Assembly (NCBI GenBank): GCA_913061415.1
Contig: CAJXUD010000006.1
Location: 63,505-127,504, forward strand
Length of the DNA: 64,000 nucleotides
DNA from: an uncultured Oleispira sp.
GTDB lineage: Bacteria > Pseudomonadota > Gammaproteobacteria > Pseudomonadales > Oceanobacteraceae
Direction: 5' to 3'
A model generated the notes under the pieces. It ran no database searches, had not been told where the DNA came from, and saw only the letters and a program-made list of their open reading frames with translations. The position numbers and the translations under genes are program-made. Below, in pieces: positions 28,750 through 38,340 of this stretch (positions are counted from its first letter, which is position 1; every line of letters begins with the position of its first letter).

Positions 28750-31212
28750 ATGCCACAAATTATAAATACCAACATTGCCTCGTTGAACGCACAGCGTAAC
28801 TTGGACAAATCACAGTCTTCAAACCAGCAAGCGTTACAACGCTTATCATCAGGTCTTCGCATTAACAGTGCAAAAGACGATGCAGCAGGTATGGCGATTT
28901 CTACACGCTTCACCTCTCAGATTAAAGGTCTGAACGTAGCAGTACGTAACGCAGGTGATGGTATCGCACTAGCACAAACCGCAGAAGGCGCATTGGGCTC
29001 AATGAATGAAAGCTTACAGCGTATTCGTGAGCTAGCCGTACAGTCTTCTAACGCAACCAACTCAGATGTTGACCGCGATGCACTTCAAGCAGAAGTAAGT
29101 CAGTTGGTTTCTGAGATCACGAGAACGTCTGAAGAAACTGATTTTAATGGTCGTAAGTTACTTGATGGTTCTTTCACGGCAAGCTTCCAAGTTGGTGCAA
29201 ATGCTGGCCAAACTATTGATGTTTCGATTGCTGAACTAACATCTGAGAAGTTGGGTTCTGATTCTCAGGCGGGTGTTTCTTCGCAGGGTAATAGTTCTAA
29301 GCTTGGAAATGGTGATCTTGTCATTAATGGTGAGAATATTCGAGCTTCTGTTTCTGGTGATGATCAATTATCGTTTTCTGGAAAAGAATACTCGGCTATT
29401 GCAAAGGTTGCGGCAATTAATGATTCTAGTGAGAAGACTGGCGTGACTGCAACAGTTGATGAAAACGTTGTTCTTGGTGCTGATATGTCAGATCAAGCTG
29501 CGATTACTCCAGATACAGCAACGATCACCTTGAATGGTGTTGATATAGCCTTGCAGAGCACCGCTAACTCCTCTGATGCCGATAAAGCAGCGACCCGTGG
29601 CTCCGTAATCCAAGCAATCAATGCTAAAGCCGAACAAACTGGCGTAATGGCTTCTGATGGTGGTAATGATGGTGGTGTTATTTTAACTGCTGCAGATGGT
29701 CGAAATGTTACATTAACATCTGACTCTGGTACGGATGATGTCAATGATTTAACAATTTTTGGATTGTCGGATTCAAATACAGCAGGTACTGCTGCCGTGC
29801 AGTCTCAAGCAGGCTTTACGCTAACTGCTGAAAATGCGAATACCAGTATTAACATCACTGGTGGTGATGATACAGGCAATGGTAATCTAGCGAATTCAGG
29901 CTTAGCGGCCGGTAATTATTCAGCTCAGACTGCTTTTACAAGCTCTACTAAGCAAGAAGTTGGTGGCGCAGATGCCGCAGCAACTACCATTAATTCTACA
30001 GCAGCTACGGCAGCCTTAGCAGTAACTCAAGCAGCGGCTTCTGGCGTAACAATTGCGCTTCCGGGTGCAGACACACTGGTTGCTATTCAAGCTGAATTTG
30101 ATGCAGCTGGATATGATGTAACGGTAGGAGCACTAACACAAGAGGGTGTGGCAGTTGCTTCTGGTGAAGCAAAAGCTTCTGAAAAACGCTTGGCGGATGG
30201 TGATTTAGTTATTAATGATGTTGTGATCAAAGCATCAAGTACTTTGGATGATACGGCATCCGATACCAGTGCGGCATCATCAGATGCAGCTGCTTCAGGT
30301 ATTTCCATTGCAGCCGCAATTAATAAGGCTTCTGATTCAACGGGTGTTACCGCTGAAGTTAATGCAACAGAGGTTGTAGGCGGCGCTAATGCTCGATCTG
30401 GGGCTGTAGGGCTGACGTTTGGTGCAACGGCTGGTGCGGTTGCTGCTGGGGATAGCATTACATTAACGGTGAATGGCGTAGATATTAGCCTTACAGAAAC
30501 TGCAGATTATGAGAAGAATAAGGCTGCCGCTATCACTGCGTTTAATGAAGTTTCTGGTCAAACGGGTATTGTTGCTACAGACAACGGACAATCACTTACC
30601 TTAACCGCTGCAGATGGTCGAAATATATCATTGTTTGCTGATGGTGGTGCTGGTGAGGCTATGACTGACTTAGGCACAAGTATAGAAAACTTTGGTCTTA
30701 ATGCATCAAACGTTGGCCAGAATACTGGGGCGACAGGTGTGAAAGCATATACTAACGCAAGTGGTGCTGAAACAACCTATTCAACGGTTTCCTTAACTTC
30801 TGCTTCAGCATTTGAAGTAAGCTTTGGTACTGGTGGGGCCGAGGGCCTATCAGATTCAGGCTTGGTTGCAGGTAAATTTGGTGGTGGTGAAGATGGTCAA
30901 GCCTTGGTTGATGTGGACATCTCAACAGTAGCTGGTGCTCAAGAAGCCTTGGTTGCCATTGATAATGCCATTGGCCAGGTAGCGAGCCAGCGAGCTGACT
31001 TAGGTGCGATCCAAAACCGTATGGAATCAACAGTTAGTAACTTGCAGATTTCGTCTGAAAATTTGAACGCGGCTAACTCGCGAATTCAAGATGCCGATTT
31101 CGCAGCAGAGACAGCAGAACTGCAACGTACTAACGTGTTACAGCAGGCAGGTATTTCAGTTCTAGCGCAAGCTAACGCATCAGGCCAGCAGGTTCTATCT
31201 CTTCTAGGATAA
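28750..31212 (+). CDS. fliC: Flagellin, large form (820 aa) with an internally duplicated variable region
   Basis: N-terminus [18 protein letters not shown]...[16 protein letters not shown] and C-terminus [33 protein letters not shown]. The central region contains two paralogous modules of about 150 aa. Confidence 0.95.
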   Translation: MPQIINTNIASLNAQRNLDKSQSSNQQALQRLSSGLRINSAKDDAAGMAISTRFTSQIKGLNVAVRNAGDGIALAQTAEGALGSMNESLQRIRELAVQSSNATNSDVDRDALQAEVSQLVSEITRTSEETDFNGRKLLDGSFTASFQVGANAGQTIDVSIAELTSEKLGSDSQAGVSSQGNSSKLGNGDLVINGENIRASVSGDDQLSFSGKEYSAIAKVAAINDSSEKTGVTATVDENVVLGADMSDQAAITPDTATITLNGVDIALQSTANSSDADKAATRGSVIQAINAKAEQTGVMASDGGNDGGVILTAADGRNVTLTSDSGTDDVNDLTIFGLSDSNTAGTAAVQSQAGFTLTAENANTSINITGGDDTGNGNLANSGLAAGNYSAQTAFTSSTKQEVGGADAAATTINSTAATAALAVTQAAASGVTIALPGADTLVAIQAEFDAAGYDVTVGALTQEGVAVASGEAKASEKRLADGDLVINDVVIKASSTLDDTASDTSAASSDAAASGISIAAAINKASDSTGVTAEVNATEVVGGANARSGAVGLTFGATAGAVAAGDSITLTVNGVDISLTETADYEKNKAAAITAFNEVSGQTGIVATDNGQSLTLTAADGRNISLFADGGAGEAMTDLGTSIENFGLNASNVGQNTGATGVKAYTNASGAETTYSTVSLTSASAFEVSFGTGGAEGLSDSGLVAGKFGGGEDGQALVDVDISTVAGAQEALVAIDNAIGQVASQRADLGAIQNRMESTVSNLQISSENLNAANSRIQDADFAAETAELQRTNVLQQAGISVLAQANASGQQVLSLLG

Positions 31213-31316
31213 GTCGTAAGACTTAACGAGACTCTTCTATTGCTCAAATGGAACCATTAAGCATAGGAGAGTTTCAACCATTTAGAGATTATGAATCTAA
31301 GCCATTGAGGTGATTT

Positions 31317-31718
31317 ATGAATGATATGAAAGCAACCTTGAGCGATCGCGTTTCGCTAGTTCAACAAAACGCAAAGCCGCTTTCATTCTCTTCTGCTGCA
31401 GATGCTTATGGCAAAGAGCGAGCATCAGTTGTTGGTAAAATCGAGAGTGGCCAAGAGTTGCCACAGGGTGTTAGGGCTATTGCCGATATCAGTGATGAAC
31501 AAGTAAAAGATGCTGTTTCTAAATTGAATGAATATGTGCAATCGACCGAACGTACACTAGACTTTCAAATGGATGAAGACAGCGGAAAGACAGTGATTAA
31601 GGTGTTTGATAAAGCATCTTCAGAATTGATTCGTCAGATTCCTAACGAATTAGCTTTAGAGTTGGCGCAGAACTTGAATGATGATGAACCATCGTTATTG
31701 TTTAGCGCACAAGTGTGA
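31317..31718 (+). CDS. flaG: FlaG family protein
   Basis: 133 aa with the block RTLDFQMDEDSGKTVIKVFDKASSELIRQIP. It occupies the conserved position between the flagellin gene and fliD. Confidence 0.85.
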   Translation: MNDMKATLSDRVSLVQQNAKPLSFSSAADAYGKERASVVGKIESGQELPQGVRAIADISDEQVKDAVSKLNEYVQSTERTLDFQMDEDSGKTVIKVFDKASSELIRQIPNELALELAQNLNDDEPSLLFSAQV

Positions 31719-31767
31719 CATTAAGAACTATTTAGTAGAACTTAAGCCACTAATTTAACAAAGCAGC

Positions 31768-31794
31768 TAAAAATAACCCCAGACTGGCCGATAA
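31768..31794 (+). promoter_or_regulatory. Sigma28 promoter of fliD
   Basis: TAAAAATA-N11-GCCGATAA, 65 nt before fliD. Confidence 0.75.
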
Positions 31795-31858
31795 GGTTAG
31801 TACTGGGGTTTTTGCGTTTAAGCTAAAGGCGCGGTTTACAAGATACTGGAGGCAGGCC

Positions 31859-34800
31859 ATGGCTGCTATTGAATCATTAGGGTTAGGCTCAGGGGTTTTA
31901 ACCAATGACTTGGTCGATAAGATTGTCGGGGCCGAGCGTGAAGCGGCGGATAAGCGCTTTGAACGTGAAGAAACGATTATCGATGCTCGCATTACTGCCT
32001 ATGGTGAAATTAAATCTCTATCGTCTACCCTACAAGTTGCTACCAGCGCACTTTCTTTACCGTCCACGTCGGGTTCAACCACAGCGTCGTCTTCTGATGA
32101 AGCTATTTTAACAACTGAAGCGTCTATTTTAGCCGAGCCAGGCACTTACAGTGTAGAGGTGTTAAATACCGCAAAAGCACACAGTGTGGTTACCGATGCG
32201 TACAGCAGTATTGATGAAATAATTGGTACGGGTGAAATTCAAATTACCTTTGGTGAAATTACTTATGATGGTACGGGTGGCTTTTTAAGTCAGGATGTTG
32301 ATCCTGCTAAAGGCGGCTCACCCATTGTGATTGACGATTCGAATAAAACATTGAGTGGTATTCGAGAAGCAATCAATAATGCGGACATTGGGGCAAAAGC
32401 ATCGATCATTAATGATGGTTCTGGTTATCGCTTAGTAATCACCTCTGAAGAAACCGGTGAAAATAATGCCATGCGCATTATGACCAAGGATGACTTGGGC
32501 GGCACAGCAACATCGGGATTGTCTTCTATTGCTTATAACGAAGTTCAAACCGGTGCTGGCACTATGTCAGAAACGGCAAAAGGTGAAGATGCATTATTGA
32601 AAGCCAATGGTCTCACCATCACTCGTGAATCAAATAGTATTCAAGAAGTTGTTCCTGGGGTGACATTAAATTTATTATCAGCCGACGTCGGTAAACCTAT
32701 TTCAATTGTAGTTGCTCCCGATACGGCAGGTATTCAAGAAAAAATTCAGGATTTTGTTAATGCTTATAATGAATTCAAAAAATTCTCTGATGACTTAACC
32801 TCGTACAATTCAGAAAGTGATCAGGCAGGTTTGTTATTAGGTGATTCGACAATTCGAGGGATTCAATCGCAAGTACGCTCTATGATCAGTCAACCAATCG
32901 CCGGTTTATCAGGTACTAAATACCGCTCATTAACCGAGCTGGGCGTGAATACAGATAAAAATAATGATTACCTTTTAGAGTTTGATCCGGCTGTTTTTGC
33001 AAAGGCGATACGAGAAGAACGTGATACCGTCGTTAGCATTATGTCTAAAAGTGGTGAAGCTACCGATTCACAAATTCGTTATGTGAATGACTCAATTAAT
33101 ACGCAGCCAGGCACGTATGGTATAGAAGTTACTCAACTTGCCACTCAGGCTACTTATTCGGGAGGCAGTGTTACGGGTTTAGATTTTTCTAGCCCTGTTA
33201 TGATTGATGGTAGTAACAATAATTTTAGTATTAATATCAATGGTACAACTGCTGCGATTGAATTAATTCAAGGGAGTTATGCTACGGGTGAAGAATTAGC
33301 CAAGCAAATCAGTTTTCAAATAAACAGTAATGATGCATTTAAAAGTCTTTCTTATGCGGTATCGACTAGCTATAGCGCTACCGATAAAAACTTTTCAATA
33401 ACGTCAAATAAATACGGCGCCGAATCACAAGTTTCTTTTACCAGTACCGATTCAAATACTGCCAATACTTTAGGGTTTAATACCACGGGTAAAGGTGCAT
33501 TTGATGCCGTTGCTTTAACAACACTGAACAGTGATGCATTTTTAGGAAAAGGTTCTACTACTCAGCCGGGTTCACGCACGGTTTTAGAAAGTAATGGTAT
33601 TAATTTTGCCACGAACAATGCGTCATTTTCTTTGGATATTGGTGGTGGTCCTGTTGCCGTTACGGTGAACTTGAATGCGGCGGGTAATGATCTAAACGGT
33701 GATAGTGATATTGGTAACCGTAAAGATACTCTACAGGCGATTCAAACCGCTATTGATGCAACTGCTTTGAACGGCGCTGTCATTGCCGACTTTGATGATA
33801 ATGGGTATTTAACCTTTACGACATCGGCTTTGGGTAGCAGTGAACAGATTGAAATTACCAGTGTCGGTAGCACAAGCAGTGATACGGCATTGGGTTTAAA
33901 AGCGGATCAGGGCGTACAAACCAATGGTGATGATCCTGGTTTAACGTTTGCATCGGCCACTGAGTTTAATATGGCTGTCGATGGTATTAGCACAACGACA
34001 AAGGTCAGCGTGCCATCGGGTACTTATTTAAGCGGTGCTGACTTAGCCACAGCGATTGAGTTGGCGATGGATACTGCTTTGGCGGCAGATCCTGCGTTTG
34101 TCGGATTAACCAAAGGTGGCGTGAGTAATATTGGAACACGCGATATTAGTGCTCCTATCGATTTCTCTACCAGTAATTCTGGATTTATGCTGAATGTGTC
34201 GGGTGTCGAAAAAGAAATTATTGTTAATGGTAATGACCCCGATAATATTGTGAATATTCAAGCGGCGTTAGATACCGCCTATGGCGCTGGAATTGTTTCC
34301 GCAAGTTTGGATGGTTCGGGTGTTAAGTTGTCGTCGGTAACGACGGGTCATAATGAATACATTGAAATTACGGCTGATGGGCGGGGTGCTATTAGTGATA
34401 CCAGTTCTGCCGTGACCAATATCACAACCGGTATTGATTTTAGTGGTGTGGGTGATAATGCAACTTTTACTTTAGCGGTTGATGGCGTTGATATTAACGT
34501 TGATGTGAACGGCGATGGTACTGCAGGTACGAATGATGCTGCATCCACGTTGAATATTGTGCAAAGTGCTGTTGATACGGCCTTGGTAGGCAGTGGGCAG
34601 TTCTCTGAAGGCGATGTGGTTGCCAAACTAGATGGTAGCGGTAATTTATATTTTGAAACGCTGGCTAAAAATGGCGTTAAAACGGCTGCAACTTATGGCT
34701 CGGGTGCGAGCATTGAAGTTAAAAATATCGATGCAAATGCTTCGGCTGACTTAGGCTTAGCTGCCAGTACCGTTTCTAATGGTTACGATACTTTTGGTTT

Positions 34801-35818
34801 CGATGAAACCCGACGTTACGGTTATGATTTAGAGGCTGATGTTGAATACAAGTACGATCCAGTCACCGATTTGGGTTCGTTTAAAATCAATGTTGGTGGC
34901 AATGCTACCGAAGTCTCTTTTAGTGATATTGATGCCGCCGCCATCTCGCTAATCGGGCTGCAGGATGTCAGTATTTATACGCCAACCGTCGCACAAGGAA
35001 AGAACATTGAAGGCAAAATTAATGGCGTTGAGGCTAAAGGCAATGGCCAATATTTGTCAGCAACAGATGGTAATAAAAAAGCCAGTAATGGGTATTACAT
35101 TGCAAATTCCGCGGCTGATTTTACCGCTGGAGTTAATTTAGACGCAACCAATAATAGCTTTACAATTGAAGTTGATGGTGTCGAAAGAACGATTAGTCTG
35201 GCTCAGCCAAGTTCTTATAACTCGGGTGCTGGCTTAGCCGCCGCGTTACAGAAAGCGATTAATGACGATGTCACATTTAAAGCAGATGGTATTGAAGTTA
35301 AGGTCGAATATGACGATGACCCTGCGTCTTTTTCTTATCAAAAATTCGGCATTATTTCAGGCTCTACGGGGGCGTCCTCATCGGTTAAAATGGTGGACGT
35401 ACCTGGGCCAACTTCTGCAATCTTTGGTTTTATCAACGGACAAGCGGATGGCCAGACGGGTAAAGCCCAAGAAGGTCAGATTGATCCATCAAGTGGTGTG
35501 CGCTTAAAAATTACTGGAGGCGCGTTAGGGGATCGTGGCTCTGTTACTTATATTTCGGGCTTTGCTGATCAATTAAATGCTAGTTTGTTATCGCTGCTCG
35601 ATAATAAGACGGGTTTAATTACCACAAAACAAAATGCGTTAGATAATGATAAAGTGCAATTAGAAGAGGAGAGAGAGCGACTTGATACGCGAATGTCTGC
35701 ACAAGAAGCGCGTCTTAAGAGTCAGTTTTTATATAATGATGCGATCGTATCAAAGTTAAATTCAACGTCTGATTTTATAACCCAGCAGTTTGAGGCAATG
35801 AATAACTCTAAGAAGTAA
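31859..35818 (+). CDS. fliD: Filament cap protein FliD (HAP2), giant form (1319 aa)
   Basis: N-terminus MAAIESLGLGSGVLTNDLVDKIV...ITAYGEIKS and C-terminus ...LDTRMSAQEARLKSQFLYNDAIVSKLNSTSDFITQQF. The central part carries at least 7 repeat modules. Confidence 0.93.
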   Translation: MAAIESLGLGSGVLTNDLVDKIVGAEREAADKRFEREETIIDARITAYGEIKSLSSTLQVATSALSLPSTSGSTTASSSDEAILTTEASILAEPGTYSVEVLNTAKAHSVVTDAYSSIDEIIGTGEIQITFGEITYDGTGGFLSQDVDPAKGGSPIVIDDSNKTLSGIREAINNADIGAKASIINDGSGYRLVITSEETGENNAMRIMTKDDLGGTATSGLSSIAYNEVQTGAGTMSETAKGEDALLKANGLTITRESNSIQEVVPGVTLNLLSADVGKPISIVVAPDTAGIQEKIQDFVNAYNEFKKFSDDLTSYNSESDQAGLLLGDSTIRGIQSQVRSMISQPIAGLSGTKYRSLTELGVNTDKNNDYLLEFDPAVFAKAIREERDTVVSIMSKSGEATDSQIRYVNDSINTQPGTYGIEVTQLATQATYSGGSVTGLDFSSPVMIDGSNNNFSININGTTAAIELIQGSYATGEELAKQISFQINSNDAFKSLSYAVSTSYSATDKNFSITSNKYGAESQVSFTSTDSNTANTLGFNTTGKGAFDAVALTTLNSDAFLGKGSTTQPGSRTVLESNGINFATNNASFSLDIGGGPVAVTVNLNAAGNDLNGDSDIGNRKDTLQAIQTAIDATALNGAVIADFDDNGYLTFTTSALGSSEQIEITSVGSTSSDTALGLKADQGVQTNGDDPGLTFASATEFNMAVDGISTTTKVSVPSGTYLSGADLATAIELAMDTALAADPAFVGLTKGGVSNIGTRDISAPIDFSTSNSGFMLNVSGVEKEIIVNGNDPDNIVNIQAALDTAYGAGIVSASLDGSGVKLSSVTTGHNEYIEITADGRGAISDTSSAVTNITTGIDFSGVGDNATFTLAVDGVDINVDVNGDGTAGTNDAASTLNIVQSAVDTALVGSGQFSEGDVVAKLDGSGNLYFETLAKNGVKTAATYGSGASIEVKNIDANASADLGLAASTVSNGYDTFGFDETRRYGYDLEADVEYKYDPVTDLGSFKINVGGNATEVSFSDIDAAAISLIGLQDVSIYTPTVAQGKNIEGKINGVEAKGNGQYLSATDGNKKASNGYYIANSAADFTAGVNLDATNNSFTIEVDGVERTISLAQPSSYNSGAGLAAALQKAINDDVTFKADGIEVKVEYDDDPASFSYQKFGIISGSTGASSSVKMVDVPGPTSAIFGFINGQADGQTGKAQEGQIDPSSGVRLKITGGALGDRGSVTYISGFADQLNASLLSLLDNKTGLITTKQNALDNDKVQLEEERERLDTRMSAQEARLKSQFLYNDAIVSKLNSTSDFITQQFEAMNNSKK

Positions 35819-35923
35819 TGGCTTAGTGGTTATTCGTTGTTTAAAAGCTTTAGATGAAATTATCAAAATTGATGTTTTAAAAATGTTGTACGCAGTTATT
35901 AAAAACTCATAAATCACTTATTG

Positions 35924-35958
35924 AAAAGGCCTTTGGTATTTAGTCAAAGGCCTTTTTT
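35924..35958. terminator. Bidirectional rho-independent terminator between convergent fliD and the methyltransferase gene
   Basis: aaaaggcctttg-gtatttagt-caaaggcctttt has 12-bp perfect arms, an A-run before and a T-run after. Confidence 0.8.
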
Positions 35959-36012
35959 ATTGCAGATTCTATTGATAATTAATGCAGATTTAAATATTAG
36001 TTTTAGATCATT

Positions 36013-38103
36013 TTATAAAAACTTAATATTTGATTGCTTACGGCAATAAAATTGATACATTCCTGCAAAAATCCCCTCATGCTCTTGTTCAACGGTATGC
36101 CAGTTATCTAAGGTATTTTTATCGTATAAGTCGCCTACCTGCTGCTTGAATGCATTTAACGCATTTGGGGTAGGTAACATACCGATAAAGTCCATGTGAT
36201 TGCTTGCTAACAAATCTGTAATGCCTTGCGGTGTAAATTGATGCTCTTGCTCATGAAAAATCAGATCACGGCAGTTACTCATACTATAAAAATCATGTGA
36301 ATTAACTATATCCGACCAATTACCAGGTATTTGATTCATTAACAGGGCTTGGCGTAATAGACGCTGATTGATATCGGCCCCTGTTTGCTGTTTGTTTTTA
36401 GCCACTATTTCTCTCAAAGTGATCACTTGCTTACGTGCTGATTGGCTGTAGAGCGCAATTTTCATAACGCCTGTAGGAGATAACAATTTATTCAAACTTT
36501 TTAAGCCCGCTTCTGGATGCTCCATGTGGTGCAATACCCCAGAGCATTCAATAACATCAAACAGCATTGGAAAGTTATTAAATTCTAAAATATCTGCTTG
36601 AATAAATTGGATGTTATTAACACCGTATTTTTCGGCCTGTTTTTTTGCATAAGCTAAGGCGCGGCCACTTAAATCAATGGCTACAATGTTTAAATCATTG
36701 AAATAACTCGCAAGGCGAATAGCTTGTCGGCCCGTACCACAGCCGGCAACTAAAACATTGAGCTTTTGCTTACCTTGCCAATGACTTAAATTTAAATCAG
36801 GAAAATTCTTAAGTAGAGCACTCTGGTAACTACTTGCGGTATTAAAACCAATATCTTTCCAACGAGGATAAGGGTTGTCTTCGTATTGATTTTTGACTCG
36901 TTCAGATATTACATTTCTATTAGCTGGGTTGCGGTTAGACCAGAAGGGTAATTTTTTCGCGAGTTGAATTTCATCATTGCGAGTATTAATTGCGTACTTA
37001 ACAATGTCTTTTAAATTGCTATGCTCAAGTGCTTGTTGTACGGTCTCACTGTTAAAGACGGTTGCAATGCTTGTAGTCGATAAGTCTTGGTATTGAGCCA
37101 ATATAATGACCGCAGGCGCAATATCGTCTAGCTGCCATTGTGTTTCTTCAGTGATTTGTAATAACAGCTGCTCTAGGCTTTCAATTATTTTTTCTTCATC
37201 GGATGTGATTGGCCAGACATATTCGTTCAATTGCGCTTGTATTGCCATGCTGTGAGCGAAGTTTAAATGGCTGCTAGGAATCGTCATATCTTGAACGGTA
37301 TTAAATAACATTGTTTGTCGAAGGCTAATAAAAAGTCGTTCTAATAACGCATCGCAAAAATGAAAATGTTGTAAGCTACTGAGTAAGAGTGGATCACCAG
37401 CAATTTGGTCGAATGAAAGTGGTGTGCTGGCTTCATTAATTTGAAGTTTATGATGTAATAGTGTTGTTGTCAGGTTTCTCAGTAATGAGTGGTCGACATT
37501 TTCAAACTCTAAGTAACGTAATACGTTTGCTTCTAATTCTTCGGAATAAAAATCCGCATTGATATAAGACGCAGATTCGAACAACTTGTTTCGAATATAA
37601 GGATCATGTGCTTCTGTCTTGATCAGTTCTTGATACATCTGAAAAGCCGGTACGTATTTGCCTTGCTCTAAATAGGTGTATGCTAATAATGATGCCGAGC
37701 GAGTTGCTACCTTAGAAATCTTCAGTGAAGCATTAAGATATTTTTCTGCTTGCTCTAACTGCCTAAGTGCTAACGCAATGTGACCGGCTGTGTATAAAAC
37801 GGCTGGACTATCATTGCTTATACTGAGTGCACGATTAATCAGTGTTTGCGCTTGGTTTGGCTTATCTCGGAACAACTCAATACGTGCAGCTAAGTTTAAA
37901 CCTTTGATGCCTGTTGGGTTGATATCGAGCGCTTTTTTAACCTTATACAAGGTCGCATCCAATAAGCCATTATTCAGCGTACTGTCATATTCAGGTGATT
38001 GTAGTTTGGCAAAGTCATAGCTCGCTTCTTGCACCCATAACGAATAAGCGTCGAGGTCAATTGGGTGAGCCGTTTTTGCATCAGAGGCGTGTAAAAAGTT
38101 CAT
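36013..38103 (-). CDS. TPR-repeat protein fused to a class I SAM-dependent methyltransferase
   Basis: The N-terminal ~220 aa have TPR-like periodicity (A..Y...G.Y..A). The C-terminal Rossmann motif I is LNVLVAGCGTGRQAIRLA, followed by VAIDLS, FIQADI and FDVIECSGVLHHM. It is the only minus-strand gene inside the fliC-fliS block. Confidence 0.8.
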   Translation of the reverse strand: MNFLHASDAKTAHPIDLDAYSLWVQEASYDFAKLQSPEYDSTLNNGLLDATLYKVKKALDINPTGIKGLNLAARIELFRDKPNQAQTLINRALSISNDSPAVLYTAGHIALALRQLEQAEKYLNASLKISKVATRSASLLAYTYLEQGKYVPAFQMYQELIKTEAHDPYIRNKLFESASYINADFYSEELEANVLRYLEFENVDHSLLRNLTTTLLHHKLQINEASTPLSFDQIAGDPLLLSSLQHFHFCDALLERLFISLRQTMLFNTVQDMTIPSSHLNFAHSMAIQAQLNEYVWPITSDEEKIIESLEQLLLQITEETQWQLDDIAPAVIILAQYQDLSTTSIATVFNSETVQQALEHSNLKDIVKYAINTRNDEIQLAKKLPFWSNRNPANRNVISERVKNQYEDNPYPRWKDIGFNTASSYQSALLKNFPDLNLSHWQGKQKLNVLVAGCGTGRQAIRLASYFNDLNIVAIDLSGRALAYAKKQAEKYGVNNIQFIQADILEFNNFPMLFDVIECSGVLHHMEHPEAGLKSLNKLLSPTGVMKIALYSQSARKQVITLREIVAKNKQQTGADINQRLLRQALLMNQIPGNWSDIVNSHDFYSMSNCRDLIFHEQEHQFTPQGITDLLASNHMDFIGMLPTPNALNAFKQQVGDLYDKNTLDNWHTVEQEHEGIFAGMYQFYCRKQSNIKFL

Positions 38104-38140
38104 GGTTCAATACCAAATTTATTTCTAGTTAATGAGACTA

Positions 38141-38156
38141 AGCAAGCCTAATGCCA
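38141..38156 (-). promoter_or_regulatory. Sigma54 promoter of the TPR-methyltransferase gene
   Basis: The minus strand reads TGGCAT-N5-TTGCT, 38 nt upstream of the ATG at 38103. Confidence 0.75.
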
Positions 38157-38277
38157 ATATAAGAAAGCTATATTTTTCAATGGGTTAGGGTCTTTATGAC
38201 GTGTTGGATGTTTAGATTGCCGCTTTTAGCGGCAGCGACTTACCGTTAATTCCTTTATAAGTAAGCAAATTAATTAT

Positions 38278-38304
38278 TAAAGTATTCTCAACTCTGGCCG
38301 CCAT
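38278..38304 (+). promoter_or_regulatory. Possible sigma28 promoter of fliS
   Basis: TAAAGTAT-N11-GCCGCCAT. The -10 element is degenerate relative to GCCGATAA. Confidence 0.45.
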
Positions 38305-38340
38305 AAGTAAGGAGAGAAGAATCAATTAAGAGGCTGAGTT

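Noticed and set aside
28750-31212. Possibility that the large flagellin is an enzymatic (flagellinolysin-type) flagellin
   Set aside because: The protein has no HExxH or other catalytic motif and almost no His. The extra mass is explained by duplicated IN-type modules.
15158-35507. Many 60-130-aa ORFs antisense or out of frame within flgE, flgK, fliC and fliD (for example 16012-16305, 17509-17823, 30087-30458, 34348-34626)
   Set aside because: The Ala/Gly/Thr/Ser-rich repetitive coding sequence leaves long stop-free antisense frames. None has an RBS or recognisable domains.
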